From Zygnema circumcarinatum SAG 698-1b (taxonomy: Eukaryota > Plantae > Zygnematophyceae), in contig CM074813.1 in the NCBI GenBank assembly GCA_037447605.1, positions 2,542,001 to 2,606,000 on the forward strand: DNA of 64,000 nucleotides, read 5' to 3'. A program made the translations under genes and the position numbers. The notes beneath the pieces were generated by a model. It made no database searches. It was not told the DNA's origin and was given only the letters and a program-made list of their open reading frames with translations. Positions within the stretch are counted from its first letter, which is position 1. Each line of letters starts with the position of its first letter. Shown piece by piece: positions 53,649-64,000 of this stretch.

Positions 53649-55415
53649 ATGCAGTCCATGTGGAGCGTTGTGAAGCACTATCTGTTCGCATCGACAGCCT
53701 CGGAGGGGTTGCAAGCCGACGGAGCCGCCTCCTCCTTCCGAGTTGTTAATCGCCCGCCCCTTAACCGGCGCCTCTCGGAGGCCCTCGTGCAGCGCCACGC
53801 GATGAGGCGGAACGTTCCGAGAAACGTGAACGCAATTCTCGTCAAGTTCCCCAAAATCGATAGGGCGCTGCGGCAGATAAAGGAGACGTTTCACGAGTCG
53901 GGTGAGCGTGAGATGTTGGAGTGCAAATGGGGTATAATATGTTTAATTTTTAATTATCTTTAAAAAATATGAAAAAAAAAATGTTCTTTGAAGGCAGAAC
54001 TTTTTATCAACTTAGTGTTTTTATTTTCTTATTTTCATATTTTTAGCTCACTCCTCACTCCTCTTTTCTCGTCCCATTTTGAGCAGATGAAGATAAGAAC
54101 GACTCCCTCTCCCTCGAGGAGGTGAAGGGGGCATTTGAGAAATTACATGTGAAGATTTCGGAGGCGGAAATGAAGGAAATTTATTTGGAGTCCGACCTCG
54201 ACCACAATGGCCTCATCGGACTCAAAGAGTTCATCCTCGCCATTGCCTACGTCTACCTTGTGAAGCCTCCTCAGGAAAGCGGACAGGTAGAGTGGGAGAA
54301 GGAGAGCGAGAGGGGGAGGGAGGGGGAGGGAGGGGGTGGGAGGGGGAGGGAGGGCGAGAGGGAGAGGAAGGGGGAGGTGGAGAGAGAGTAAATAGGGAAG
54401 AGAAGAGGGAGAGGTAGAGGGAGAGGGTGCGGGAGGCGGAGAGGGAGAGGGAGAAGGAGGTGGAGGCGGAGAGGGAGGTGGAGGCGGAGAGGGAGCGGGA
54501 GAGGGAGGTGGAGGCGGAGAGGGAGTGGGAGAGGGAGGCGGAGAGAGAGTGGGCGAGGGAAGGGGGGAGGGGGAGGGAATGGGAGGGGGAGACGGAGAGG
54601 GATGGGAGAGGGATTGGGAGGGGGAGTAGGAGAGAGAGGGGTAGGCCCTTAAAATATTGCGCATTAAAACCATGAAACCCTATACTCAACCCTCAACCCC
54701 AAAGCCTTAACATTTTCAAAGCCTAAACTGCAAACTTTTGATTCTCTATTGTCATGAGCTAACCCTACGCCATAAATCCACTCCCTGCATCCTTAAGATC
54801 AACCCCCCTGAACCTTAAGTGTTAATCCTTAAACCCTAGGATGGTTGTCAACTCCTTATTCTCCCTCCCTCTCTCTCCCTCTCCCTCTCCCCCTATTTTG
54901 TGTGGGCAGGGTTCGCGCCTGGGCCTGCCTGACGTAGAGGCGGCGTTTGAGAGCATCGTGGACGCATTTTTTTTCTTTGATAAAAACGCAGATGGAGTTC
55001 TGAGCAAAACGGAAGTGGCGAGAAGTTTCAGAAGTTCGCTCGAATACGAAAAGGAGGGCAGCCATCTGCTCTCTTTGACCAACCGCTTCGGTAAGAAAAA
55101 AAAAAAAAAGAAAGGGGACAGAAAAAGTTCGGAAAGAGGCAAGAGGGGAGGAGAGAGGAATTAAAGAGTGACCGAGGCGTTGTGTTTGTTTGAAGCCATT
55201 CTTACCTCTTATCCCCCTCCTCTTTTTGTCAAACGAGAGGAGAGAAGAGGGAGAATTTTCAATTTATGGAGGCCGTAATCTTTTTTCTTTTTGTTGCGTT
55301 TGCAGACGAAATGGATTATGACCACAACGGAGAATGCTCCTTCATGGAATTCGTGTACGCTTTTGTGGGGTGGGTGGGGACGGCGGACGAAGAGGACGAG
55401 GAGGACGAGGAGTAG
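53649..55415 (+). CDS. Four-EF-hand calmodulin-like protein (CML21/22 type), 4 exons
   Basis: ILVKFPKIDRALRQIKETF, EF loops DEDKNDSLSLEE, DLDHNGLIGLKE, DKNADGVLSKTE and DYDHNGECSFME, and an acidic tail WVGTADEEDEEDEE*. Confidence 0.9.
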
Positions 55416-56436
55416 AGAGAGGGGAAGATGCTGGAAGGATGAAGAGAGGGAAGGCATCGAAAGTTTCCTGGAATAATCGCTGAGAAAAAAAAGGGAGTTT
55501 GTGCTTATCTATGATCTGTTTAAGCCTTCACGTGTAAAGTCAGAGTCTTTATCAAAATCAAGGTCAAAGTCAAAGTCATGGGGGAACTCAAATTGAGTCA
55601 AAGTCGGGCGATGTAGACATATGGGCAAAGACAATGCCAAAGTTTGTCTTGTGATCGTCGACATTTTTTTTTTTTGCTTTTCTATGAAATGTTTTCAATG
55701 TTGAAGTTGTGACATAGCCAATTCGTTGCATAGTCAAAAACAGGCAGCTGAAAGAGAGCTGGGCAATGCAGACCTTTGAACTTCACCTATTGCCCGTCGG
55801 AACCTTCAGATGATCACAAGGTGAAAGCTTGTAACTTTTTTTGTTCGAGAGCTTTACTTTCGTGGTGATGTGACCTTTTTGCCGCTATTGGAAAATTCAT
55901 TCCCTCTCCCTCTCCCTCGCCATCTCAATCTCCCACCCACCTTCTCTCAACATCTACTCTGCATCTCTCTCTTCCTCACTCCCTCTCCCGGTCCCTCTCC
56001 CCCTCTCTATCTCTCTCTCTCCCTTCATTCGAATTTCTCTCAACGTGTTTTTTAGCATCAAAATTAAGTTCAACGACCTAAGCTGAATTAATATAAAATA
56101 CTGAACAAAAGCCAGACGCCCTCTGCCCTCTCGCACAGGCTCTCCGTTCTGCCCATTTATTCAGTCAAACTCTCGCTCCAGGTACAAAAATCATGTGAAA
56201 ATCAAAGAATTTAACTTACTGTGTTCGCCAACTAAGCCAAGGACGTACCACCAATTGATAAATCGAAACCTTTCTTCGAGAGAATAAAACCCACCAGCGA
56301 AAAAGAACAATGTGACCCTAAAATCTTGAACTACCCTTCCCCCCCCCTCTCCCTTCCTCCAAAACAAACCGTAAAGATTGAACTCATGAGAAAAAATGTG
56401 CATATTATGAAGGTGCATACATTTTGAGGCAGTCAG

Positions 56437-57464
56437 TCAGTCACCCGCCATGGCCTCCCTGAGCCCCTGCAGCAGCCGCCTCCCTCCCTCCCCCTCCCCC
56501 CGCAGCGCATCGCGTTTGGCCACAACCGCGGTCGCCCCCGACAGCTTCATGCGCCGCGCCTCCTCCACGCTCGACACGCCCTGCAAGGGAGGGGGGGAGG
56601 AGAATGGCCTCGAGGGACGTGCCCGGGAGGGAGGCGGGGGAGGGAGGGGGAGGGAGGGAGGGAGGGAGGGAGGGAGGGAGGGAGGGAGGAGGGAGGGAGG
56701 AGGGGGGGGGAGGGAGGGAGGGAGGGAGGAGGGGAAGGGAGGAGGGAGGAAGGAGGGAGGGAGGGAGTGGGAGTGGAGAGGAGGGTGGAGGAGGGAGGAA
56801 GGGGGAGGGAGGAGGGAGTGGGAGGGAGGGAGGGAGGGAGGGAGGGAGGAAGGGGAGGGAGGGGAGGGAAGGAGGGAGGGAGGGGAGGGGGGAGGGGAGG
56901 GAAGGGAGGGAGGAGGGAGGGAGGGAGGGAGGGAGGGAGGGAGGGGGAGGGAGGGAGGGAGGGAGGGAGGGAGGGAGGGGGGGAGGGAGGGGAGGGAGGA
57001 GGGGGTGGGAAGGGAGGAGGGAGGAAGGAGGGAGGGGAGGGGAGGGAGGGAGGGAGGGAGGGAGGGAGGGAGGGAGGGAGGGGAGGGAGGGAGGGAGGGA
57101 GGAGGGAGAAGGGGAGGGAGGGAGGGGGGAGGGAGGAGGGAGGGAGGGAGGAAGGGGGAGGGAGGGAGGAAGGAGGGGAGGAGGGGGGGAGGGGGGGAGG
57201 GAGGGATGGAGTGGAGGGAGGGAGGAGGGGGGAGGGAGGGAGGGGAGGGAGGGAGGGAGGGAGGGGGAGGGAGGGAGGGAGGGGGAAGGAAGGGGAGAGG
57301 GGGAGAGGGAGAGGGGGGGGAGAGGGGAGAGGGAGAGGAGAGGGAGAGGGAGTGGGAGAGGGAGAGGGAGAGGGGAAAGGGGAGGGAGAGGGAGAGGGAG
57401 AGGGAGGGAGTGGGAGGGAGAGGGAGAGGGAGAGGGAGACGGAGAGGGAGAGGGGGGGAGAGAG

Positions 57465-57530
<66 letters not shown>

Positions 57531-59845
57531 CGAGAGAGAGAGAGAGGAGGGGCTTACCACAATGCAAGCTGCCCCGAAGGGCAAGTTTTCAATAAGGGAT
57601 TGCGCAATGCCTTGGCGAACTCCCGGAATGGGCAGCTGTGTTTGAGCCCACGCCCACACGTGTGAACAAAGGGACGAAAACAGCACCCATTGGACGATTC
57701 TGTGGTCAAGCTTCAAAAAAAAAAAAAAAGGAAAAGAAATAGAAAAGAAACATTCATGACATTGCGCATATTGCGATATAGAAATTCACTCACAGAGAGT
57801 CCGATCGACAGGTTGACCCCATACAGCGGTACACCAATTTGGGCCATTTCCTCCACTTCCTTCGCGTTAATCACCTTTTGCCCCATTTCCAGCCCCCAAA
57901 ACATCTCAAATCTCGCGCAGTTTGGCCATTCGAAAATAAAGGACAGTTTGGACGGCTCATTTTTTTTTTCTTTGTATTTTTGCACGGTAGCGAAGCTTCG
58001 TGGAACTTACCTCCACGATGGCATCCAGTCCCAAAGAGAGAGCATATTGGAGGAGGGCGGGTGTGCCTGTACCCCATTTGCACCCTCTCGATTGGGATAT
58101 TTGGGTCTGTTACGTTTATTGATCACTATTAGAATTAAAGAGTCACATCGGAATCTCTAAAGTGGTAGTGCGTACAATTTTCAGGTTCAAATGTTGGGGC
58201 TCATATTATTAGGGTTTTTTGTCCTTTCTTTCATCCCCTTTTTTTTCCCCAGTAAATTTTTTCACCTCTGCCCAAAACTGCATGCACCAAATGAACTCCT
58301 GCGCCTCCCGCCGACGCCGTCTCCGCAATCTGTAAAAGGAACAAAAAGAAGGAAAAAGTCTTACTTAAATAATGACATTTATGTTATGTAATGTCAATGC
58401 TTTTTTCGATTATATAAACATGTAATCGTCGAAGGATCATTCTATCAAAGTTTCTTTTTCGTTTCTTATGCGGCAGACTCTAACAGAAAGGGAGATATAC
58501 CTGAAGAGGGTGAAGGATCCAATCCTTGCGCAGCACAGGAACCGCCAAATCTGCCTAAGTCCAAAAGCATGCCTTCGAGAGAGGAGTGAAGGAGAGAGGA
58601 GGAGAGAGAGAGTCGAGGGGGAAGAGAAAGTGGGGAGAGCGAGTAGACAGGGAAGCGAGAAAGAAGAGAGCGACCGAGAGAAAGAGAGAGAGAGAAGGTT
58701 TAGGGTTCTGAGAGTCGTACGGAACAATGGTTCACAGGGTTCAAGGGCTATTGCGTCTTAGAGGGTATAGGGCATCCAGCGTTTGGGCTTTTCAGAGCTG
58801 CTTTAGGGTTTAGGGTTCAGCGAGGGTCCACCCAAGCACGCCGCCTGCAGGTCGGCGGCGCCATCAGGCGAGTCCTCCTCGTCGCAGCAGATGGAGATCG
58901 CATCAGCGCCTACAGGGAGAGGGAGAGGGGGAGGGAGAGGGAGAGGGAGAGGGAGAGGGGGANNNNNNNNNNGGGGTAGAGGGGAGCAGGGATTATGATG
59001 TAAAAATTGACGAAGACGTGAACTCACAAGAATTCGGATAGTAGAAAATTAGACGTCGAAATGGTGGCAATTCAGAAATGTTCACAACGGGGAGCTTTGA
59101 CTTAATAACTCTGACCTTCTTCAGGGAAAAACAAACATTAAACTCTCACTCACCCCAGTTCACGTACTGTCTGCACCGCGCGGCGAGAGCGTGCGGCTCC
59201 TCCGCGGGGCTGCTGCGCGCCACCTCAGCGATGACAGCTGTCATGCCGAGGACCGTCCGATCGGCCAGCAGATCCATGAGAGCCTGCGGATTCGCGACAC
59301 GTGGCACCTTCTCCAGGAGCTCCTCCACATTGGTGGGGCCTGATGCCTCCAGGCGCGCCTGGGCAGCCAAAAAAAGGAAAAAAAAAAAACAACCCCAACT
59401 AAAAATTTACCCACACAAACATACAACCCCATAAATTTAGACCTTTAAAACGCCAATTCTGTCAAGTCTTCAGCGACCCGTTGGCCAGAACATTTAAATT
59501 TTGATTACTAGTCGAAATTTAAGAAAACCCCACTCGAATTATGGCTTGCTTTCGGCGAATCGCAGCAGCAAGCTTGCTCGGAGGCTTCTTCTCCTTAATC
59601 TCCTCGTCATCTTCAAATTCTCCCCCGTCAGCGGAGCTGCAGGAAACCCTAATTCTCCTTTCCTTGCTCGCCCCAACTCTTTTTTTCGGATCAATGCTCC
59701 AATTTCCCACAAAAACGGAAAATATTTCATTTCTGACCCCTTCCAAGTTCAAGGAATTTTGGTCCGCCTGCTGAAGGGGGATGGTTTGGGCCAATGAGGT
59801 TGAAAATTTGCCCAAAACAAATGGGCCTGAACAGGTCATGATCAT
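56437..59845 (-). CDS. Indole-3-glycerol-phosphate synthase (TrpC)-like TIM-barrel protein with plastid-type presequence and several catalytic residues missing, 9 exons
   Basis: TAVIAEVARSSP, GADAISICCDE, VPVLRKDWILHPLQI, GVHLVHAVLG, LGLDAIVEVIN, YGVNL and GVSSVEEARRMKLSGATAVV. All introns are GT-AG and the splices are in frame. Confidence 0.82.
56590..57548. repeat. About 960-bp homopurine/homopyrimidine (GGGA/GA) intron
   Basis: Direct inspection; last intron of the IGPS-like gene. Confidence 0.95.
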
Positions 59846-60179
59846 AGTAACTTCCCCCTTGATGTGAGACCCTTTCTACTTCTTCAAGACCACAATCTGA
59901 TGCGCATTTACATCTACGTAATCGAGAAATAGTTCGGAAATTGACGTTCGAATTCGAAGTGAGAGATTTGAACTGAATTCAAACGTTTTTTTTTGTATTT
60001 GTTCTCATGTCCGTACGCGCAGTCCCGTTCAAATCCGCAACTGCCGCATGTGAGCGCGTGCAGGTCCTCGGAGGCACTTCGGCCGCAACCGCGCCACGTG
60101 GCTGCCACGTGTCACATGGCGTTTTGCTGGCCTTAGGATCCGCCACGTGGCGCGCTCCGCGGCGTCCAGGCGCTCAGCC
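59846..60179. promoter_or_regulatory. Compact bidirectional promoter (IGPS-like / AP-3 sigma) with three G-boxes
   Basis: Head-to-head start codons about 335 bp apart; CACGTG at about 60094, 60105 and 60144. Confidence 0.6.
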
Positions 60180-63100
60180 ATGATCCTGGCGGTGGCCGTC
60201 CTCAACAATCACGGGAAGCCGCGCCTCGCTAAGTTCTACCGCCACATGGTGCCGCCTCGCCTCACTCGGAACCCTAACTCTCAACCCTCAATACTGAACC
60301 CTGAAGCCTAAATCCTAACCCTAAACCCTAAACCCACAACCTTAACCTTGAACCCTGAACCCTGAAGCCTAAACCCCAAACCCTAAACCCATAATACTCA
60401 ACCCTCAACCCTGAAGCCGAACCCTGAAGCCTAAACCCTGAACCCTGAACCCTAACCCTGAACTCTAAACCGTTTACCCTGAACCCTGAACCCTTCACCT
60501 AACCCTGAAGCCTAAACCCTAAACTCTAACTCTGAAGCCTGAACCCTAAAGCCTAAACCTGAAATCTAGACCCTAAACCGTAAACCCTGAAACATTAACC
60601 ATGTATCTTAAACCCTAACCCTGAATTCTAATCCCTACTCCCTAAACCCTGAAGCTTAAACCTTGAACCTTGAAGCCCAAATTCTAAACCGTAAACCCTA
60701 AATTTTGAGCCCTGCACTCCAGCGCTGACTGATAGATCTTTGAAGCTTAAATCCAAACCCTAACCCGCCAACCGCAACCCTAATCTAACCCTAGACCCTT
60801 AAAATTTAAATCTGAAACTTTAAACCTTGAACAACAAACCTAATCTGTAGACCCTTAAACTGTTAAACTTTTAACCTTGACCTTTGAATTCCAGCACTCA
60901 GCCTACATTTATAGATCCTGAAATTTTAAACCTTGAAAACTAATTCGCGAGCTCCTGCCTCAAACCCTGAACCCCAATCTTCGAACCTTAAGCCCTTACC
61001 CTTTTTTTATTATCCTTGAACCGTAACCTATGGTTTATAGTTTAAGCGCTTATAATCCCTAAACCATAATAAACCCTAAGCCAGCATTGAAAATCCTTAA
61101 ACCCTAGATAATGCTTCAGACCCTCAACCCTGAACGAGGATGAAGTTCGAATCCTAACCCAGAAAACCTTTCCATTCTTTCTGTCTCTCTCTTTGTTTCT
61201 TTTCTTTGAGCTGTCAGCCGGCAGAGAAGCAGCAGCAGTTCATTCAAGCCATCTTCAAAGGTGTAATTTAAAATTAGATTTCGCCACCTTCTTCCCCTTC
61301 CCACCCACCTCTCCCTACCTGCCTCCCATACCACTTTTTTGCCCCTCTCTCTCTCTCTCTCGTTCTCTCTGTGCAGCCTCTCTTCGCCGCTCTCGTTCTC
61401 CCCGTAACCTATATCTCCATCTCCTCCTCTCTTCCTCCCTTCTCGCCCATCCGTACTTCCCCTCTCTCTCTCCCCCCTTATCCATGTCCATGTGCTCAGT
61501 TCCGTGAAACTGACAGTTCCTGCAACCACCATGGAGCAGTTCTGTCGAGTCGTGGAGACGAATTTAGCAGTTTCATTGAAGACGAATCGATTTTTCAAAA
61601 GGTGCATAATCAGTAGATTTATTCCTTTTCTGGACGTTCTCTCCACACACTATGTCCTTACCCAGAAGTAAAGCTCCCTCACCAAAAAGTTATAAACAAG
61701 AATTCATGAGTATTAGAGCTGTTTCTTCAGGGGGGGTTTTTTTTTTTTTTTCTCTCGTGCCTGCAATAATCTTCTCCTCTTCTTCAAGTTTTCCGGCATA
61801 AAAGTTATTGAAATGGATTCGTGGCTGTATGGATTTTTGTTTTGTAGGGTGTAAAGGCGGTTTATCGACATTTTGCAACGCTCTATTTTGTTTTTGTTAT
61901 CGATGACGCAGAAAGTGAACTCGGTATTCTCGATCTGATTCACGGTCAGTTTGCAACTATACCGCTCATCAAGAAAAGCCTGCCTCTCCCTCTCTCTCTC
62001 TCTCTGTCTCTCCCTCTCTTTTTCTCTTTCTCTCTCTCCACAGCTCACTTGGCGTCTGTCTCTCTTCTCCTTCCTCTGTCTCTCCCCCTTTCTCCCCCGT
62101 CCGTCCTTTCTTCTGTCTCCTAATCCTTACTCTCTTTTCTCTCCTCCTCCCTCCTCTCTCCCGGTCCTTCTCCCACCACCTCTCGTTGCCACCTCTCCTT
62201 CCGTGTCCCTTTCCCTCCCTCCAGCTCCACTCCCTTTCCTGGTCCTTTCTTCCTTCTCCACCTCCTGCCTGCCTCTCTCTCTCTCCCTTCCTCCTTCCCC
62301 TTCCTCTCCCTCTCCCACTCCCTCCCACTCCACCCCACCTTATCCCCTCCCTCCCCCCCCCTCTCGCCCTCCCTCCCTCTCTCTCCCTCCCTCCCTCTCT
62401 CTCCCTCTCTCCCTCCCTCTCCCTCCCTCCCTCTCTTTCCCTCCCTCCCCCTCTCTTCCTCCCTCCCACTCTCTCCCTCCCTCCCCCTCTCTCCCTCCCT
62501 CCGTCTCTCTCCCTCCCTCCCTCTCTCCTCCTCCCTCCTCTCTCCCGGTCCTTCTCCCACCACCTCTCGTTGCCACCTCTCCTTCCGTGTCCCTTTCCCT
62601 CCCTCCAGCTCCACTCCCTTTCCTGGTCCTTTCNNNNNNNNNNTCTCTCCTCCTCCCTCCTCTCTCCCGGTCCTTCTCCCACCACCTCTCGTTGCCACCT
62701 CTCCTTCCGTGTCCCTTTCCCTCCCTCCAGCTCCACTCCCTTTCCTGGTCCTTTCTTCCTTCTCCACCTCCTGCCTGCCTCTCTCTCTCTCCCTTCCTCC
62801 TTCCCCTTCCTCTCCCTCTCCCACTCCCTCCCACTCCACCCCACCTTATCCCCTCCCTCCCCCCCCCTCTCGCCCTCCCTCCCTCTCTCTCCCTCCCTCC
62901 CTCTCTCTCCCTCTCTCCCTCCCTCTCCCTCCCTCCCTCTCTTTCCCTCCCTCCCCCTCTCTTCCTCCCTCCCACTCTCTCCCTCCCTCCCCCTCTCTCC
63001 CTCCCTCCGTCTCTCTCCCTCCCTCCCTCTCTCTTCCTCCCTCCCACTCTCTCCCTCCATCCCCCTCTCTCCCTCCCTCCCTCTCTCAAGCCACTAACGC

Positions 63101-63850
63101 CTCTCTCCTCTCCTGCAGCCTTTGTGGAAGCTCTGGACAAAAGTTTTGAGAGCGTGTGCGAGCTCGACCTTGTCTTCAATTTCCCGCGGGTACATCCTTC
63201 ACCGGAAAACATGAAACCTATTTTCTTTTGTGAAAGAAAAGTCCTTCACATATTTCAAACTCTGAGACCCGAACGTATTTGTCAGCCTTTTCATTTTTAT
63301 CACGTTTTTCGTTTTTTTTTTAATATGGGGTCCACGTTATTGATCTTTTTTTTCTTGTTTTTTGGAACATCAGGTTCACCAAATTCTTGATGAGATGGTC
63401 ATGGGCGGACATGTCCTGGAAACCAACACCGTGGAGGTCATGAAATCAGTTACAGAAATGCAAAAGTGAGGGGGTTCTATGCTCATTCCGTTCCGTTCTA
63501 TGCTAAAGGCCAAGTTCCATGCTGTCCCAATGTAGCAAAATCTTCAAAATCCGTTGCATGGAACTGTGAAGCGTCTGCATGAATCGTTTGATGGTTTGAA
63601 AGGAAGTTCTGAAAGCGCTCATATCTATGAATTGAAGGGTCTATTGTATAAGTATTGGCAGTTTCTTCTTAAGCAAACATTCAATCTAAACAAGAGAAAT
63701 TATATAAAGGAATGCTATGCAGGCTTGTTGCTTAAGATCGTTGCCTTTCTTGAATGTCCGCGATCTGCCTTTCTTTGTGATGATAGGTTGGAGAAAAAGC
63801 CGGATCCTTCTCCCACTCCAATACGGCCTCGAGGTGCAGCGTATAGATAG
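60180..63850 (+). CDS. AP3S: AP-3 complex subunit sigma, 6 exons
   Basis: MILAVAVLNNHGKPRLAKFY, VYRHFATLYFVFVIDDAESELGILDLIH, FVEALDKSFESVCELDLVFNF and VHQILDEMVMGGHVLETN. Confidence 0.93.
60270..61165 (+). repeat. Degenerate telomere-like (CCCTAAA/CCCTGAA) array filling intron 1 of AP3S
   Basis: Dozens of aaccct/aaaccctaaa/aaccctgaa units with recurring ctgaagcctaaaccct; units become more degenerate toward the 3' end. Confidence 0.85.
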
Positions 63851-64000
63851 TGAGAGAGAAGGAGAGGAGAGAGGTAGAGAGAGAGTGACAGTGAGAGAGA
63901 GGGCGAGGAGGGCGGGTGGGAGGGGAAACCTGAGCTAGAAGCAGAGGGAGAGAGTGAAGCAGAGGGTGGGAGAGAGGCGAGTGGGAGAGAAGGGGTGAAA

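Noticed and set aside
56437-57716. 290-390-aa Pro- or Gly/Arg/Glu-rich ORFs on both strands
   Set aside because: Low-complexity intron that lacks stop codons by composition; only 56437-56580 and about 57556-57633 are true exons.
61140-61160. GTTCGAATCC, a tRNA T-loop/B-box-like sequence
   Set aside because: No cloverleaf, acceptor stem or A-box; embedded in the telomere-like intron.
61951-63390. 479-aa extensin-like ORF and a three-copy direct repeat of about 110-500 bp (62141, 62526, 62647)
   Set aside because: CT-rich AP3S intron. The duplicated copies straddle an N gap, so an assembly overlap is more likely than real biology.

Overview
Eukaryotic nuclear DNA from an intron-rich green-lineage genome, most consistent with a streptophyte (probably zygnematophycean) alga; the taxon is an inference from gene content. 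I reconstructed 16 spliced protein-coding genes by hand: P-type PPR (5' partial), Nup58-like, HINT, GT31 galactosyltransferase, PUFA-type elongase, CHL27/CRD1, PLAC8, a PAN + root-cap/vWD-like secreted protein, cystathionine gamma-synthase, a short bacterial-type pyrophosphatase-like protein, MO25, MPC1, a small secreted PAN-like protein, CML21-like, an IGPS-like TIM barrel and AP-3 sigma. Most long ORFs in the supplied track are artefacts of (GA)n, (CT)n and (CCCT)n intron microsatellites. Intergenic DNA holds several small transposon-like elements (including a nested MITE with intact TIRs and TSD), remnants of an RLE-type LINE, a decayed 400-bp palindrome, and dense GTAC, G-box and telo-box motifs. 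The most interesting points are an IGPS fold lacking its phosphate-binding residues, an atypical short PPase that may be horizontally acquired, a CGS lacking the MTO1 arrest peptide, a DPH-motif secreted protein, telomere-like arrays inside introns, and exon-scale GC3 mosaicism. Four 10-N gaps are present. No tRNA, rRNA or CRISPR array was found. All alignments and counts are manual; no database searches were run.
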